Below, one piece after another: positions 29,949 through 40,535 of a stretch of 64,000 nt of DNA. Numbering within the stretch: the first letter of the stretch is position 1; the number at the start of each line of letters is the position of its first letter. Source of the DNA: an uncultured Parachlamydiaceae bacterium (GTDB lineage: Bacteria > Chlamydiota > Chlamydiia > Chlamydiales > Parachlamydiaceae); contig CAVULX010000004.1 in NCBI GenBank assembly GCA_963742415.1, positions 416,001 through 480,000 on the forward strand, in the 5' to 3' direction. The notes under the pieces are model-generated. The model was not told the DNA's origin. It saw nothing but the letters and a program-made list of their open reading frames with translations, and searched no databases. The translations under genes were made by a program, and so were the position numbers.

Positions 29949-30644
29949 CTAAGTTAGTAAATGACCGTCAGCTAGTTCGTAGCGGCGGCTGCACAACGAT
30001 GCAAGGCCTTGATCGTGGGTGACCAGGATTAAAGCTTTACCGGCTTTCTTTGCAAAATTGAGTAAAAGCTCATGAATAAGGACAGACGTCTGCTTATCTA
30101 GATTGCCGGAAGGTTCATCGGCAAACAAAATGTCTGGGTCATTGCATAGCGCACGAGCAATCGCCACCCGTTGTTTTTCCCCTCCGGAAAGAAGTTTTGT
30201 ATCAAAATGAATCCTATCAGAGAGCCCTACAAGCTCTAAATTGCTGAGTGCTTTATCATAGAAGGGGCTTCCCTTAGAAACATTTTGGCGTGCAATTCGT
30301 GCCGGCATCAAAACATTATCTAACGCCGTGTAATCTTCCATTAAATGAAAAGATTGAAATACAAAGGCAATGTGTTTGTTCCTGATTTTACTTTTGTTAA
30401 AAAAGTTTACAGATTGACCGGCGATTTCCAATGAACCTTTGCAGGCAGGCTCCAGGGTCCCTAAAATATGTAATAAGGTGCTTTTCCCTTGCCCGGATCG
30501 CCCCATGATGGCAATCGTATCCCCTCGGTAAACTGTGAGGTCGACACCTTTGAGCAAAGTGATCTTACCAGGTGAATAAAAGGACTTTCGAATCCCTTTT
30601 GCCTCGAGGATAACGGAATCGACATCGGAAGAGGCGTCTTTCAT
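29949..30644 (-). CDS. lolD: Lipoprotein-releasing system ATP-binding protein (LolD-like)
   Basis: GRSGQGKSTLL, LSGGEKQRVAIARAL, ADEPSGNLD; downstream of a LolC/E-like permease. Confidence 0.8.
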   Translation of the reverse strand: MKDASSDVDSVILEAKGIRKSFYSPGKITLLKGVDLTVYRGDTIAIMGRSGQGKSTLLHILGTLEPACKGSLEIAGQSVNFFNKSKIRNKHIAFVFQSFHLMEDYTALDNVLMPARIARQNVSKGSPFYDKALSNLELVGLSDRIHFDTKLLSGGEKQRVAIARALCNDPDILFADEPSGNLDKQTSVLIHELLLNFAKKAGKALILVTHDQGLASLCSRRYELADGHLLT

Positions 30645-32794
30645 TCAGACCTCAAAATTGACGATGGGCGTAGGAGACTTGCTTTCAGGGCTGGGACAAG
30701 GCCTGAAATCAGCGAAATAAGGCTTGTCGCTAGGATGACAAATCCAAGTGTTTCATAACTTAATTCTGTGGGAAGAGTTTCCCCAAAAAAGATCGGATTA
30801 AACATTTCATGCCCCTGGATTTTGCTGAGCAGGTGAATGAGCGGCTGTAGATTTTTGAGGGTAACCACAGCGGCGGAGATTCCCAAAAGGCTTCCTAAAA
30901 TCCCCATAATTACGCCGCAGGTTCCGAAAATGGCTGCGATGCTAAATGAGGAGGCCCCCATGGATCTCAAAATACCTATTTCTGTTTTTTTATCATTCAC
31001 AAGGATAATCAACATCGATACGATGTTAGAGCAAGCCACAATAATGATGATAGTTGCCAAAAGTGAAAATAAGTTTTTTTCGCTGTGCAGCTGTTGGATC
31101 AGGTCTTTTGTGAAATCGTATTCTCGATAGGTTTCGATCCGCCAATAGGGATCGATATTAGCTTCCCGAAAGGCTTGCTGCAAGAGTGCTTTAACTTCGT
31201 CTGCTTGTTCTAAGTTGTCGAAACGGACGTTGATCCCGTTGCTTAAAGAAGTATCTTCTTGATTGTGGGAGGAACGGAGAAGCCCCGTCACTTCCCGGTT
31301 CGCTAGGATATATTTTCCTCCGATAGGAATCACTCCCGGATCGTAAAATCCTGCCACGAATATCGGGATCCTTTGCTCCTGGACGGTGCTTGCGGTGGGT
31401 GTCATATAGGAGATAAATCCACGGTCGCCTGCCAAAACGCCTGTATCCCGAAAGGGGCGTGGGAGAAGGACCCCTTCGCCTAACGATGGATCGGAAGGGA
31501 GGCCTAAATAAAGAAAGCGGTCTTTTTCTTTGATTTGGTAGAGCCAAAAGGGGATCTTTTCAGGTTGTGAAGTTAATGTATCGATGACTTGAACTTTGTG
31601 GATCTTTAAAGGTCCATAGGAGGCTCTGCCCTTGAAAGGAACATTCTGAAGGGAAAAGGAAACATCGAAAAGGAGATCCCCGGTTTTGCTTGCGGTGTCT
31701 AACGAGGAGGGCACTAGGGAGGCTGGCAGGGCAAGATCGGGTTCGATAGAAATGGGAACATACGCGGGGAGCTCGACAATTTCATCCCGATGAGAAGCAA
31801 AGAAAGGTTTATGATCCCGAAATTCGATCGAAACAGGCTTAATTTCGATCCCTTGTTGGTTCAAGAGGGCTCGTAGGGAATTGAGTGATTTTGCATGATT
31901 GGGAATAGCGATTTTAAAGAGGTTGTCGTCTTTATACAGCCCCAACGCCTGGAACTGAGCTGTTTTCGGAAACAAGGAAAAAGGGAGGATCCAAGGTACG
32001 TTTGGAGTTTTAAGCTCTTGGATTTCTATGAAACTTAAAAATGTTTTTAACCGATTTTGAAAATTGTCCTTGGAAGCTTCTTGGATGCTATTAAGGTCAT
32101 CTTCTTTGAAATTATCGGAATCAATGGACAACATTGAAAAAATGTTGTTCAGGTCTTGCATTGTCAGAGGGAGAGCGGCTTCAGCAAGTGTGCGATTGAA
32201 CGGGTCCAATGAGCCCAAATATGTCGCTTGTTGAAGCTGAGATTGTTCAAACCCATTTTTTTGAAACCTCGAAGCCAAAATTGAAGGGGAGGAGGGGCGT
32301 AAGAGTTGCAAACGGAGGGTGCCCACTGTCATTTCAAAATCTGCTGCTTGTAAACCAGGAATATGTTGCTGCTGATTGACAATAGCAAAAGCTTCTTTTA
32401 CAAGATCCTTCAGCTGCCCTTCACTATCCACAAAGGGGGGAGGCCAGGAAGAAGGGGGCTCTTCATCTCTAGATGGATCATAGGGATCTGCCGCCGAAGC
32501 TTGTAATTTTTCCCCTAAAGTTTTAAGGGAATAACCGGAATTTTCGCTAATGCTATCGATTTGATAATAGTAGGAGCGATAGTAGTGGTCGGTTGGAATA
32601 ATCCTTACAGGGGCTGTAAGGGCTATAAGTTTATTGATCCAACTTTTTTCTAATCCGGTCGTTACCGAGAAGAAAACGACAATGAGCCACACAACGAGGG
32701 CGATAACCAAAATGGAAATGAGGCTAATGATGGAAACTGAAAGTTGGCGCCATCGGGGAGATAGATACTTTTTTGCGATGGATAGCTCATACAT
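30641..32794 (-). CDS. LolC/LolE (FtsX-family) ABC permease with large periplasmic insertion
   Basis: N-terminal MYELSIAKKYL + TM; C-terminal VACSNIVSML..KKTEIGILRSMGAS..PSSILRSE. Confidence 0.85.
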   Translation of the reverse strand: MYELSIAKKYLSPRWRQLSVSIISLISILVIALVVWLIVVFFSVTTGLEKSWINKLIALTAPVRIIPTDHYYRSYYYQIDSISENSGYSLKTLGEKLQASAADPYDPSRDEEPPSSWPPPFVDSEGQLKDLVKEAFAIVNQQQHIPGLQAADFEMTVGTLRLQLLRPSSPSILASRFQKNGFEQSQLQQATYLGSLDPFNRTLAEAALPLTMQDLNNIFSMLSIDSDNFKEDDLNSIQEASKDNFQNRLKTFLSFIEIQELKTPNVPWILPFSLFPKTAQFQALGLYKDDNLFKIAIPNHAKSLNSLRALLNQQGIEIKPVSIEFRDHKPFFASHRDEIVELPAYVPISIEPDLALPASLVPSSLDTASKTGDLLFDVSFSLQNVPFKGRASYGPLKIHKVQVIDTLTSQPEKIPFWLYQIKEKDRFLYLGLPSDPSLGEGVLLPRPFRDTGVLAGDRGFISYMTPTASTVQEQRIPIFVAGFYDPGVIPIGGKYILANREVTGLLRSSHNQEDTSLSNGINVRFDNLEQADEVKALLQQAFREANIDPYWRIETYREYDFTKDLIQQLHSEKNLFSLLATIIIIVACSNIVSMLIILVNDKKTEIGILRSMGASSFSIAAIFGTCGVIMGILGSLLGISAAVVTLKNLQPLIHLLSKIQGHEMFNPIFFGETLPTELSYETLGFVILATSLISLISGLVPALKASLLRPSSILRSE

Positions 32795-32864
32795 GGGAAA
32801 GCCGCCGCTTGATTAGCTCATTGCGAAACGAAATTTCTTAGAAATCGACTCTTAGAGCTAATTT

Positions 32865-33017
32865 TTATTTTGATTCTTTGTGTTTAACATGTTTGCGCAC
32901 AATAGGATCGAACTTCATGAGTTCTAAACGGTGTGGAGTTGTAGTTTTATTTTTTGTCGTAAAGAAATGGTGACTGCTTTCTTCGCTTTTCATTTTAATT
33001 TGTTCACGTTTTGCCAT
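32865..33017 (-). CDS. rpmG: 50S ribosomal protein L33 (not in the ORF track)
   Basis: MAKREQIKMKSEESSHHFFTTKNKTTTPHRLELMKFDPIVRKHVKHKESK*; GAGGAG RBS upstream. Confidence 0.95.
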   Translation of the reverse strand: MAKREQIKMKSEESSHHFFTTKNKTTTPHRLELMKFDPIVRKHVKHKESK

Positions 33018-33189
33018 TGTACAAAAACTCCTCAATATTTTGATTTAAGAAAAAGAGTATTCCAATGGGAGTTAAAATTCAAGGGAAATCAGCAAGAATG
33101 AACGAAGAGATTCCCCTTTTCAATTTTGAATCGAAAATATATAAAAAATTATATGAACGAAAAAGATAGTAAGTTGGTGAAATTGTAAT

Positions 33190-35718
33190 ATGTATTATCA
33201 AGTTTTTAACGATATTATTCCTCTTGCTTATATTAATAATAAATATTTTAAAAATAACCAAACCCCTCTTCAAACCGATAGCAGGATCTTAAAGATCTTG
33301 GATGAACTTTTACAGCAAACGGAAATCCATAGCAGAATAGGTTTTGGCTCGGCGACAATAGGGTTTCGGTCTGATTTGCTTAGGGGGTTGAGCGACCTAT
33401 CAGAAAATGTAAAAGGGGAGGGGGAATTAATAGCAAAAGTTCAGGATAGAATTATAAGCGTATGGAAGACTCTGAAAAATCCTAACATCATCGACGGGCA
33501 GAGCCTTATAGGCAAGTCTACAAGCCGGACGGTGGCTAAACCCGCAATAGGGTTAAAAATGGCTTTTTTTGGTGATCATGATGATCCCGCTCAAGCATTC
33601 ACGAACCGGATCAAACTCACAGTGGAGCAACAAATTCCTTTCATGATCAGAAGTTCAATGATTCGGGGAATGGATGCATATGCCAATTTTTTTTCTGTCC
33701 ATGAGTCTACGTGGGATGTTTATCGTTTAACACGTCCAATCTATCAATCTCTTCTCCTTTTCTTACCTAAATCGCTTCATTGGGAATTATCAGAAATGGA
33801 AAAGTTAAAGCAACTCGATCTTGCTCATGATGGTACGATAGAAAAAGTTGTTTTTGAGAAGGCTCTTGTAGAGATGCCGCCCAATTCTGATATGGAAGCT
33901 TTTCGACATTTTTTTGTTGAAAATCCAAAAAAATCCCTTCTTCTATGGCTTTTAGGACACGGTGGGGCCAATTCAGTCGGCGGTTTGTATACGGACGCTT
34001 ATCATACATTTCTTCATGCGCTTAAAAGTCTTAATTGCAAGGGCCTCACTATTTCTACTTGTGGGGGAGGGGGGCAAAGTCTGATGTTTTCAATCCCTTG
34101 GAAAGCTAAGGAGGGGAGCATACCCAAATTTGAAACCTTTTCTCAAAATCCCCCTTTTATGATCGTTGTACGTTCTATTGGAGATTTTTCCCGGAGAGAG
34201 GCCAAAGCGGAATTAAAAATGCACGACTATCTGGAAACAATGACTAAGTTTCTTGAAAGTCCTGGGGCAGAAACCTATCTTCGGTTTCGCAAGTTATTAG
34301 AAGCCAATGAGAAAGATAATGGAAAAACAATTAATGAAAGAGTCAAGGTTTGTTTTCCCCAACCTCAAGGCTATTTTAGACCTCTAGGGGAATCTGGAAG
34401 CGGGTATAACAGCTTTTCTATTACCTATTCTCTTGTTAAGCAGTGTGAATTGCGAAGACAAAAGCCTTTTTTTTCATCCCAAGGTCAAGAAATTACTGTA
34501 ACAGCAAAAGATTGCTTGGATCTCCATCCGATAATTATAGATGTTCCTATTATTTGCCAAAAAAGCAATCCCATTTTACTCTCTATGATTCCTGGGAGTG
34601 GATTCCATTTTTTACACTCTTTAAAATTGGATGCAGAGGGTTTTTATTTTACCACTTTGACTTTTTTTGCCTACGTAAGCCGGATTTTCAAATCTTATCA
34701 GTCCATGCAGATGACGGAGGATGTCACCAAATCTTTTTTTATTGGAAAGGTTTACTGCTCAGGTTCCGACTGCATTTGGGAAGATGTCATCATAGTTATT
34801 TCAAGCAATAATCAAATGTGTTTTTTTCGACAGGAGCATGAATATTTTCGTTTAGATGTGGAAAGGCAAGCACCCTCCAAAATATCCCTATTTGAATATA
34901 TTGATGGATTACGAACAGGTATAGGTCTTTCATTAGAACTTGAATCTATATACTTTGTTTCAGGAGGCCAAGAAGGTACTACTGACATAGAAAAGGCGAT
35001 CAAAAAATTTACCAAGTACTATGCTAGTGCCTTTAAATCTAAAGAAAAAACTTGGGCTCAAGTGAAAGATCTAAGATCAGGCACGAAGCGAATTTCGGAT
35101 GTTGTTGATCTAGATCATCCCGTATTTAAAGACATTCTTTATTTGTATCTTTATTTTTATAAACGAGAAATGTTTATTTTTGATAAATATATAAAGAAAG
35201 ATGCATTGTTAATTAAAAAATTCTTAAAATATAGTGAAACAATACTTAAAGATGAAAGTTTGTTTATATATAATTATAATTTTGATATTTTATATGATTT
35301 AATTAGTTGCGTAGGCCTAAAATACTATTATGATAATAACATTCCCATAGCTGCCATTCTTAAAGAAATCAAAATCGATCCAATAAAAAAAAAGAGTTTA
35401 ATAGACTTAGGCGTTTTGAAAGATCCCGACGGTTTTTGCACTCCTCTTGAAAAAGCCGTATATAAATTAGATTTCGAAGCCGCCGACAAGCTCGTGGATG
35501 CTGGAGCTTGTTTTAAACAGGGGGTATTTGATCCTGAAAAATTTTTATTTTCCGTATCGAGGAATGCTTCAAATAAAGATTTTAAGTTTGTAAAAGAAAT
35601 TTTTGTTTTGGCCAAAAAGGCAGGAGTAAAATTGGATAAGATAAAATACGAGGAGCTTAACTCAATAACTAGGAAAAAGTTTGCTTGGGATTTACGAAAT
35701 TGGATTTTAACAAACTAA
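33190..35718 (+). CDS. 842-aa hypothetical, putative effector with caspase/CHAT-like His-Cys motifs and a C-terminal ankyrin-like repeat
   Basis: LWLLGHGG ... LTISTCGGGG; TPLEKAVYKLDFEAADKLVDAGA. Confidence 0.65.
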   Translation: MYYQVFNDIIPLAYINNKYFKNNQTPLQTDSRILKILDELLQQTEIHSRIGFGSATIGFRSDLLRGLSDLSENVKGEGELIAKVQDRIISVWKTLKNPNIIDGQSLIGKSTSRTVAKPAIGLKMAFFGDHDDPAQAFTNRIKLTVEQQIPFMIRSSMIRGMDAYANFFSVHESTWDVYRLTRPIYQSLLLFLPKSLHWELSEMEKLKQLDLAHDGTIEKVVFEKALVEMPPNSDMEAFRHFFVENPKKSLLLWLLGHGGANSVGGLYTDAYHTFLHALKSLNCKGLTISTCGGGGQSLMFSIPWKAKEGSIPKFETFSQNPPFMIVVRSIGDFSRREAKAELKMHDYLETMTKFLESPGAETYLRFRKLLEANEKDNGKTINERVKVCFPQPQGYFRPLGESGSGYNSFSITYSLVKQCELRRQKPFFSSQGQEITVTAKDCLDLHPIIIDVPIICQKSNPILLSMIPGSGFHFLHSLKLDAEGFYFTTLTFFAYVSRIFKSYQSMQMTEDVTKSFFIGKVYCSGSDCIWEDVIIVISSNNQMCFFRQEHEYFRLDVERQAPSKISLFEYIDGLRTGIGLSLELESIYFVSGGQEGTTDIEKAIKKFTKYYASAFKSKEKTWAQVKDLRSGTKRISDVVDLDHPVFKDILYLYLYFYKREMFIFDKYIKKDALLIKKFLKYSETILKDESLFIYNYNFDILYDLISCVGLKYYYDNNIPIAAILKEIKIDPIKKKSLIDLGVLKDPDGFCTPLEKAVYKLDFEAADKLVDAGACFKQGVFDPEKFLFSVSRNASNKDFKFVKEIFVLAKKAGVKLDKIKYEELNSITRKKFAWDLRNWILTN

Positions 35719-35738
35719 AACCCAGGTTAACAAATTCT

Positions 35739-36758
35739 CTACATGTTAATGCGTGTTTGAGGTTCTAAGTTTATAGGATCCCCTTTTTCCTTTCGGAGAT
35801 ATGTGTGGTAGCCTAGACCGGCGATCATGGCGGCGTTGTCGAGAACTAGTCCTTGAGGAGGCCATAGGAGGCAATAGTCGCCTGCCTGTTTGGTAAAAAG
35901 GCGGCGCAAGGTTTGGCTGTTTGTGACACCGCCTCCAAACAAAATTGTTTTACAACCATGATGGCTCGCGGCAGACAAAGTTTTGTGAATGACATCATGA
36001 AAGGCTGTATGCTGAAAAGACGCTGCGACATCGCAAAGGTCTTGATCCATCAAATCTGTATGTTTATTCAAGGAACCGTTTTGCCCTTTGACTGTATAGA
36101 GGACTCCTGTTTTTAAACCGCTGAAGGAAAAATGGAAGGGGCGGTGCTTGACAGATCCTGATTTAAACGGATAACGCCTAGGATCTCCCCTTGTTGCTAA
36201 AAGTTCGATTTGTGGTCCCCCAGGATAGGGGAGGCCTAAAATCTTGGCAACTTTATCAAAGGCTTCTCCAATGGCATCGTCGACGGTTTGACCGATGGTT
36301 TCATATTCTCCGAGTGCATGGATTTTGATTAAGGAGGTGTGCCCTCCTGATAAAACAACCCCCAGGCAAGGGAACTGTGGGTAAGCTTCTGATGACATCA
36401 ACGAAGCGTATAAGTGAGCTTCAATATGGTTAACGCCGACGAAGGGCTTATTTAAAGCCAGAGATAACGCCTTAGCTGCGTTGAGCCCGATTAAGAGGGC
36501 TCCCATAAGTCCTGGCCCTTGGGCAACGGCAATTAAATCGATCTCATCGAGAGAGCTGTTTGCTAGGGATAACGCCTCTTGAATGACAGGAATTAGGATG
36601 TCGACGTGCCTTCGACAAGCGAGTTCGGGGACAACCCCTCCAAATTCTTTATGTAAATCGATTTGGGTGGATACGACATTTGCCAAGATCTCATTCCCAT
36701 TCCGAACAAGGGCGCAAGCCGTTTCATCACAAGTGCTTTCAATGCCTAAAACTAACAT
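35739..36758 (-). CDS. tsaD: tRNA threonylcarbamoyltransferase TsaD
   Basis: LGIESTCDET, GGVVPELA, NHIEAH, SGGHT, DDAIGEAFDK, FSFSGLKT, DNAAMIA. Confidence 0.97.
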   Translation of the reverse strand: MLVLGIESTCDETACALVRNGNEILANVVSTQIDLHKEFGGVVPELACRRHVDILIPVIQEALSLANSSLDEIDLIAVAQGPGLMGALLIGLNAAKALSLALNKPFVGVNHIEAHLYASLMSSEAYPQFPCLGVVLSGGHTSLIKIHALGEYETIGQTVDDAIGEAFDKVAKILGLPYPGGPQIELLATRGDPRRYPFKSGSVKHRPFHFSFSGLKTGVLYTVKGQNGSLNKHTDLMDQDLCDVAASFQHTAFHDVIHKTLSAASHHGCKTILFGGGVTNSQTLRRLFTKQAGDYCLLWPPQGLVLDNAAMIAGLGYHTYLRKEKGDPINLEPQTRINM

Positions 36759-36806
36759 ACGGATACATTAACTCGGTAAAATAACCACATTAATTCAGTC
36801 TTTTCG

Positions 36807-36960
36807 ACAGGATAAGCATGATCGTAAACGGCAGGATGAGCAGGATAAAAGAAAAAAAATTATTTTTTTTAATCTTTTAAACTTAATTATATTCCCACAT
36901 CCTGAACCTTTTTATTCAATATCCTGCTTATCCTGCCGTTTACGATCCTGCTTATCCTGT
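36807..36960. repeat. Palindromic miniature element, family A, copy 3
   Basis: 41-bp arms acaggataagcatgatcgtaaacggcaggatgagcaggata / tatcctgcttatcctgccgtttacgatcctgcttatcctgt. Confidence 0.9.
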
Positions 36961-37075
36961 TTTTTCCTTCTCTGTGTCTCCTAAGTTTTTAATCTTAAGG
37001 ATGTTGCCCACGCTATCGAATTGTGTCATCTAAATCTCCTCAATGCTCTCAAAAATCCTCAGTAATCTCACTTGC

Positions 37076-37537
37076 TCAGTGGTTTTTTCTTATGTCCCGC
37101 TGCATCAAAAATCGGAGCGCATCTTGCTTCATCCGGAGATGTATGCTGTAAAGTCCATTTGCTCGACTAGGCGTGAGGCTAGCACTAATCCCAAGTTCTT
37201 CTAGGTAGTCAGGGAGGCATTTTAATATCGCTTCAGGCTCCTCGCCGCTGTAAACCGGAATCAAAATAGCAGCCAAACCTGAAGAAATTAAAGCATCCGA
37301 TTCGGCTTCAAAATAGACCCGCCCCTCCTCAACATAAGAGCGCAAATACATCATGCTTTGACACCCCTTAACAAGGTTTTCCGGGATTTTATACTGTTGC
37401 CCTAAGGGGGTCATGCCACGCCCAAGCTCAATGATCTTCTGGTACTTGGCTTCCTCTGTTAAACACGAAGCAAATACTTTTTTCATCGTTTCTTGCTTTT
37501 GCTTGCAAGAGGCAAACATCATCTCCACGGTTTCCAC
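37076..37537 (-). CDS. sufE: SufE-family sulfur acceptor protein
   Basis: VKGCQS, ESDALISSGL, LTPSRANGL. Confidence 0.9.
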   Translation of the reverse strand: METVEMMFASCKQKQETMKKVFASCLTEEAKYQKIIELGRGMTPLGQQYKIPENLVKGCQSMMYLRSYVEEGRVYFEAESDALISSGLAAILIPVYSGEEPEAILKCLPDYLEELGISASLTPSRANGLYSIHLRMKQDALRFLMQRDIRKNH

Positions 37538-37699
37538 CTATATAAAACGGCTAACTATAAAGGGTTTATGATAAGTAAAATATTTTTAATAATCAACCCT
37601 TTAACTATAAAAATAATACGAGCTTAGCTTTTTTATGTGGAGTGTAAAATCATTTTTTGTCATTTTCAATATTAAAACTAACGTTGAAGGAGATCACGC

Positions 37700-38485
37700 A
37701 TGTCAAATATATTTGAAATGCTAGGCGCTAGCTTTTTTCTCGTCATAGGGATGATGTGCCTGCTTTGGGTTATCTACTTCTTTAAACGGAATTCCGGAAT
37801 CGTCGACATCGGGTGGGCCTTAGGATTTGTCTTATCTGCATGGGCTTTTTTCTTCTTAGGCGACGGTGCCTTTTTAAAAAAAGTGGCCATGTTGGCAATG
37901 GTCACCATCTGGGGCCTGCGCCTTGGATGGCACCTCTACAACCGGTTCATCGTTTGCGGCGAAGATCCCCGCTACCAAGAAATTCGGAAAAGCTGGGGAA
38001 GCGAAAATGCGGATTTTAAATTTTTTATGATGTTTATTTTCCAAGGGGTCCTTGTTGTTCTCCTCTCCCTCCCGTTTTTAATCATTGCCGGGGACGCGAC
38101 TCCCGAATGGTGGGCGATCGAACTCTTGGGTATCCTTGTATGGGCTATCGGCGTAACCGGCGAAAGCTATGCCGACTACCAACTCACAACCTTTAAACAA
38201 CAGCCTGAAAATAAAGGAAAAGTTTATAAAGAGGGATTATGGCGCTATTCCCGCCACCCCAATTATTTTTTTGAATTCATCGTTTGGATGGGATACTTCC
38301 TGTTTGCACTAGGTACTCCAGGAGGCTGGCTAACCATCCTTTCCCCCATTATCATGCTTTGCCTGCTTTTAAAGGTTTCAGGGATCCCTCTCACCGAAAT
38401 CGAAGCCCTCAAGAGCAAAGGGGCCGAATATGAGGAATACCGGCGAACAACCAACCCCTTCATTCCCTGGTTCCCTAAAAAATAA
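37700..38485 (+). CDS. DUF1295-family membrane protein (steroid 5-alpha-reductase-like)
   Basis: VDIGW, WGLRLGWHL, EDPRY, ADYQL, GLWRYSRHPNYFFE. Confidence 0.88.
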   Translation: MSNIFEMLGASFFLVIGMMCLLWVIYFFKRNSGIVDIGWALGFVLSAWAFFFLGDGAFLKKVAMLAMVTIWGLRLGWHLYNRFIVCGEDPRYQEIRKSWGSENADFKFFMMFIFQGVLVVLLSLPFLIIAGDATPEWWAIELLGILVWAIGVTGESYADYQLTTFKQQPENKGKVYKEGLWRYSRHPNYFFEFIVWMGYFLFALGTPGGWLTILSPIIMLCLLLKVSGIPLTEIEALKSKGAEYEEYRRTTNPFIPWFPKK

Positions 38486-38711
38486 ACAAAAGGGAAAACT
38501 TTGGGCCATAGGAAGGCTTGGAAGGCATAGTACAAACAAAATTCAGCTTATACAGCGTCTTACAGGCCTTCCATGCCCCTCATGCTGTCCATTTTGCCCA
38601 TTTTGCCACACTTTTCACATTTTTTTCTTTTTCCGTTGACATTTAAAATCATATGAATATGCTATATTCATTGTATTCGTGTCATTTTCTAAAAAATTAA
38701 TAGCGAATAAC

Positions 38712-38931
38712 ATGCCAAAAGAAGATACAATTAAAGCTTGAAGGTGTTGTAGAAGAACTGCTCCCCAACATGAACTTTCGCGTCACTTTGCAAAATGGCG
38801 TTAAAGTCATCGCCCATCTTTGCGGAAAAATGCGGATGAAAAATATTCGCGTCTTGGTCGGAGATAACGTGACCGTGGAAATGTCTCCCTATGATTTGAC
38901 CAAAGCGCGAATTATTTTCCGGCAAAGATAA
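38712..38931 (+). CDS. infA: Translation initiation factor IF-1 (one apparent +1 indel near 38733)
   Basis: [63 protein letters not shown]. Confidence 0.93.
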
Positions 38932-38954
38932 AAGAAAATAAATCGTAAATAGTG

Positions 38955-38984
38955 TTGATTTTATTTTGTGAAACTTCTTACACT
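38955..38984 (+). promoter_or_regulatory. Promoter candidate for tRNA-Thr/tuf
   Basis: TTGATT-18 bp-TACACT about 50 nt upstream of the tRNA. Confidence 0.45.
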
Positions 38985-39034
38985 TACGGCTTTTAGAGTT
39001 GCATTGCGAGTATTTTTAGCAATTAGAGATACTT

Positions 39035-39106
39035 GCCCAGATAGCTCAGTGGTAGAGCACTTGCATGGTAAGCAAGCGGTCGTAGGTTCAATTCCTATTC
39101 TGGGCA
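39035..39106 (+). tRNA. tRNA-Thr(GGU)
   Basis: Acceptor GCCCAGA/TCTGGGC, anticodon arm CTTGC-ATGGTAA-GCAAG, GTTCAAT T-loop. Confidence 0.97.
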
Positions 39107-39163
39107 GAATAAATGAAAAATAATAAACAAAATAGTTTACTGGAGCTTAACGGAGGAAATAAA

Positions 39164-40349
39164 ATGGCAAAAGAAACATTTCAGCGGAAGAAGCCACACG
39201 TCAATATCGGTACCATTGGTCACGTTGACCATGGTAAAACAACGTTAACAGCTGCGATTACAAAAGTTCTCGCCGAAGCAGGTGGAGCAAAATTTCGAGA
39301 TTATGCTTCAATCGACAACACACCAGAAGAAAAAGCGCGTGGTATTACTATCAACTCAACACACGTTGAATATGAAACAGACAACCGTCACTATGCACAC
39401 GTCGACTGCCCAGGCCACGCCGACTATGTCAAAAACATGATTACAGGTGCTGCTCAGATGGACGGCGCTATTCTCGTCGTTGCTGCAACAGACGGTGCTA
39501 TGCCTCAAACACGCGAACACATCCTGCTCGCTCGCCAGATGCAAGTTCCTGCGATCGTCGTCTTCCTCAACAAAGTCGATATGCTCGGCGAAGGCGACCA
39601 AGAACTTCTCGACCTCGTCGAAATGGAACTGCATGAACTTCTCGAATCAAAAGGCTACAAAAATGCCCCAATCATCCGCGGTTCTGCTCTAAAAGCTCTT
39701 GAAGGCGATCCAAAGTATGTGGAAAGCATTCAACAACTGATGAAAACTGTTGATGAAAAAATCCCAACACCAGAACGTGAAGTCGATAAGCCATTCCTCA
39801 TGCCAATCGAAGACGTGTTCTCGATTTCTGGTCGTGGAACTGTAGCTACAGGCCGTGTTGAGCACGGTATTGTCAAAATCAACGATAAACTGCAACTCGT
39901 CGGTCTCGGCGAAACACGCGAAACTGTTGCAACCGGCCTCGAAATGTTTAACAAAACTCTGGATGAAGCACGCGCCGGTGAAAACGTCGGTATCCTTCTT
40001 CGCGGTCTTGAAAAAGATGATATCGAACGCGGAATGGTTCTTGCGCTCCAGGCACCTGCACACCTCACACGAAGTTCAAAGGTCCTGTTTACGTTCTTGA
40101 CAAAAGAAGAAGGTGGACGTCATAAGCCATTCTTCACCGGATATCGTCCACAGTTCTACTTCCGAACAACAGACGTAACAGGAACAGTTGAACTTCCAGC
40201 AGGACGTAGAGATGGTGATGCCAGGCGATAACGTTGAAATTACTGTGAACTTGATCGCTCCTGTTGCCATGGAAAAAGGGATGCGCTTTGCTATCCGTGA
40301 AGGCGGCCGTACGATTGGTGCTGGAACTGTTTCCGAAATCATCAAGTAA
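39164..40349 (+). CDS. tuf: Elongation factor Tu (about three apparent indels in the 3' part)
   Basis: [22 protein letters not shown]-terminus [21 protein letters not shown] in a shifted frame. Confidence 0.97.
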
Positions 40350-40361
40350 CTGAATAGGCAC

Positions 40362-40396
40362 AAGCAAAGTGCATGGTCTTAAGATGCACTTTGCTT
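40362..40396 (+). terminator. Hairpin after tuf
   Basis: aagcaaagtgcat-N9-atgcactttgctt perfect 13-bp stem. Confidence 0.6.
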
Positions 40397-40411
40397 TAGC
40401 ATAGCTATTAA

Positions 40412-40484
40412 GGGTGTGTAGCTCAGCTGGTAGAGCAGCGGTCTCCAAAGCCGCCGGTCGGGGGTTCGAATCCCTCCGCACTCG
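40412..40484 (+). tRNA. tRNA-Trp(CCA)
   Basis: Anticodon arm GCGGT-CTCCAAA-GCCGC, GTTCGAATCC T-arm. Confidence 0.97.
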
Positions 40485-40535
40485 TATGAATGCTAAGATT
40501 AGTATAGAACCAGTAGAAGAGGTGTAAACGTGGTA

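Noticed and set aside
38503..38620. Weak low-complexity inverted/tandem motifs (ggaaggc..gccttcc, ccattttgc x2); similar weak patterns near 37030-37070 and 57300-57385
   Set aside because: Too degenerate to define as an element; could be eroded relatives of family A but unsupported
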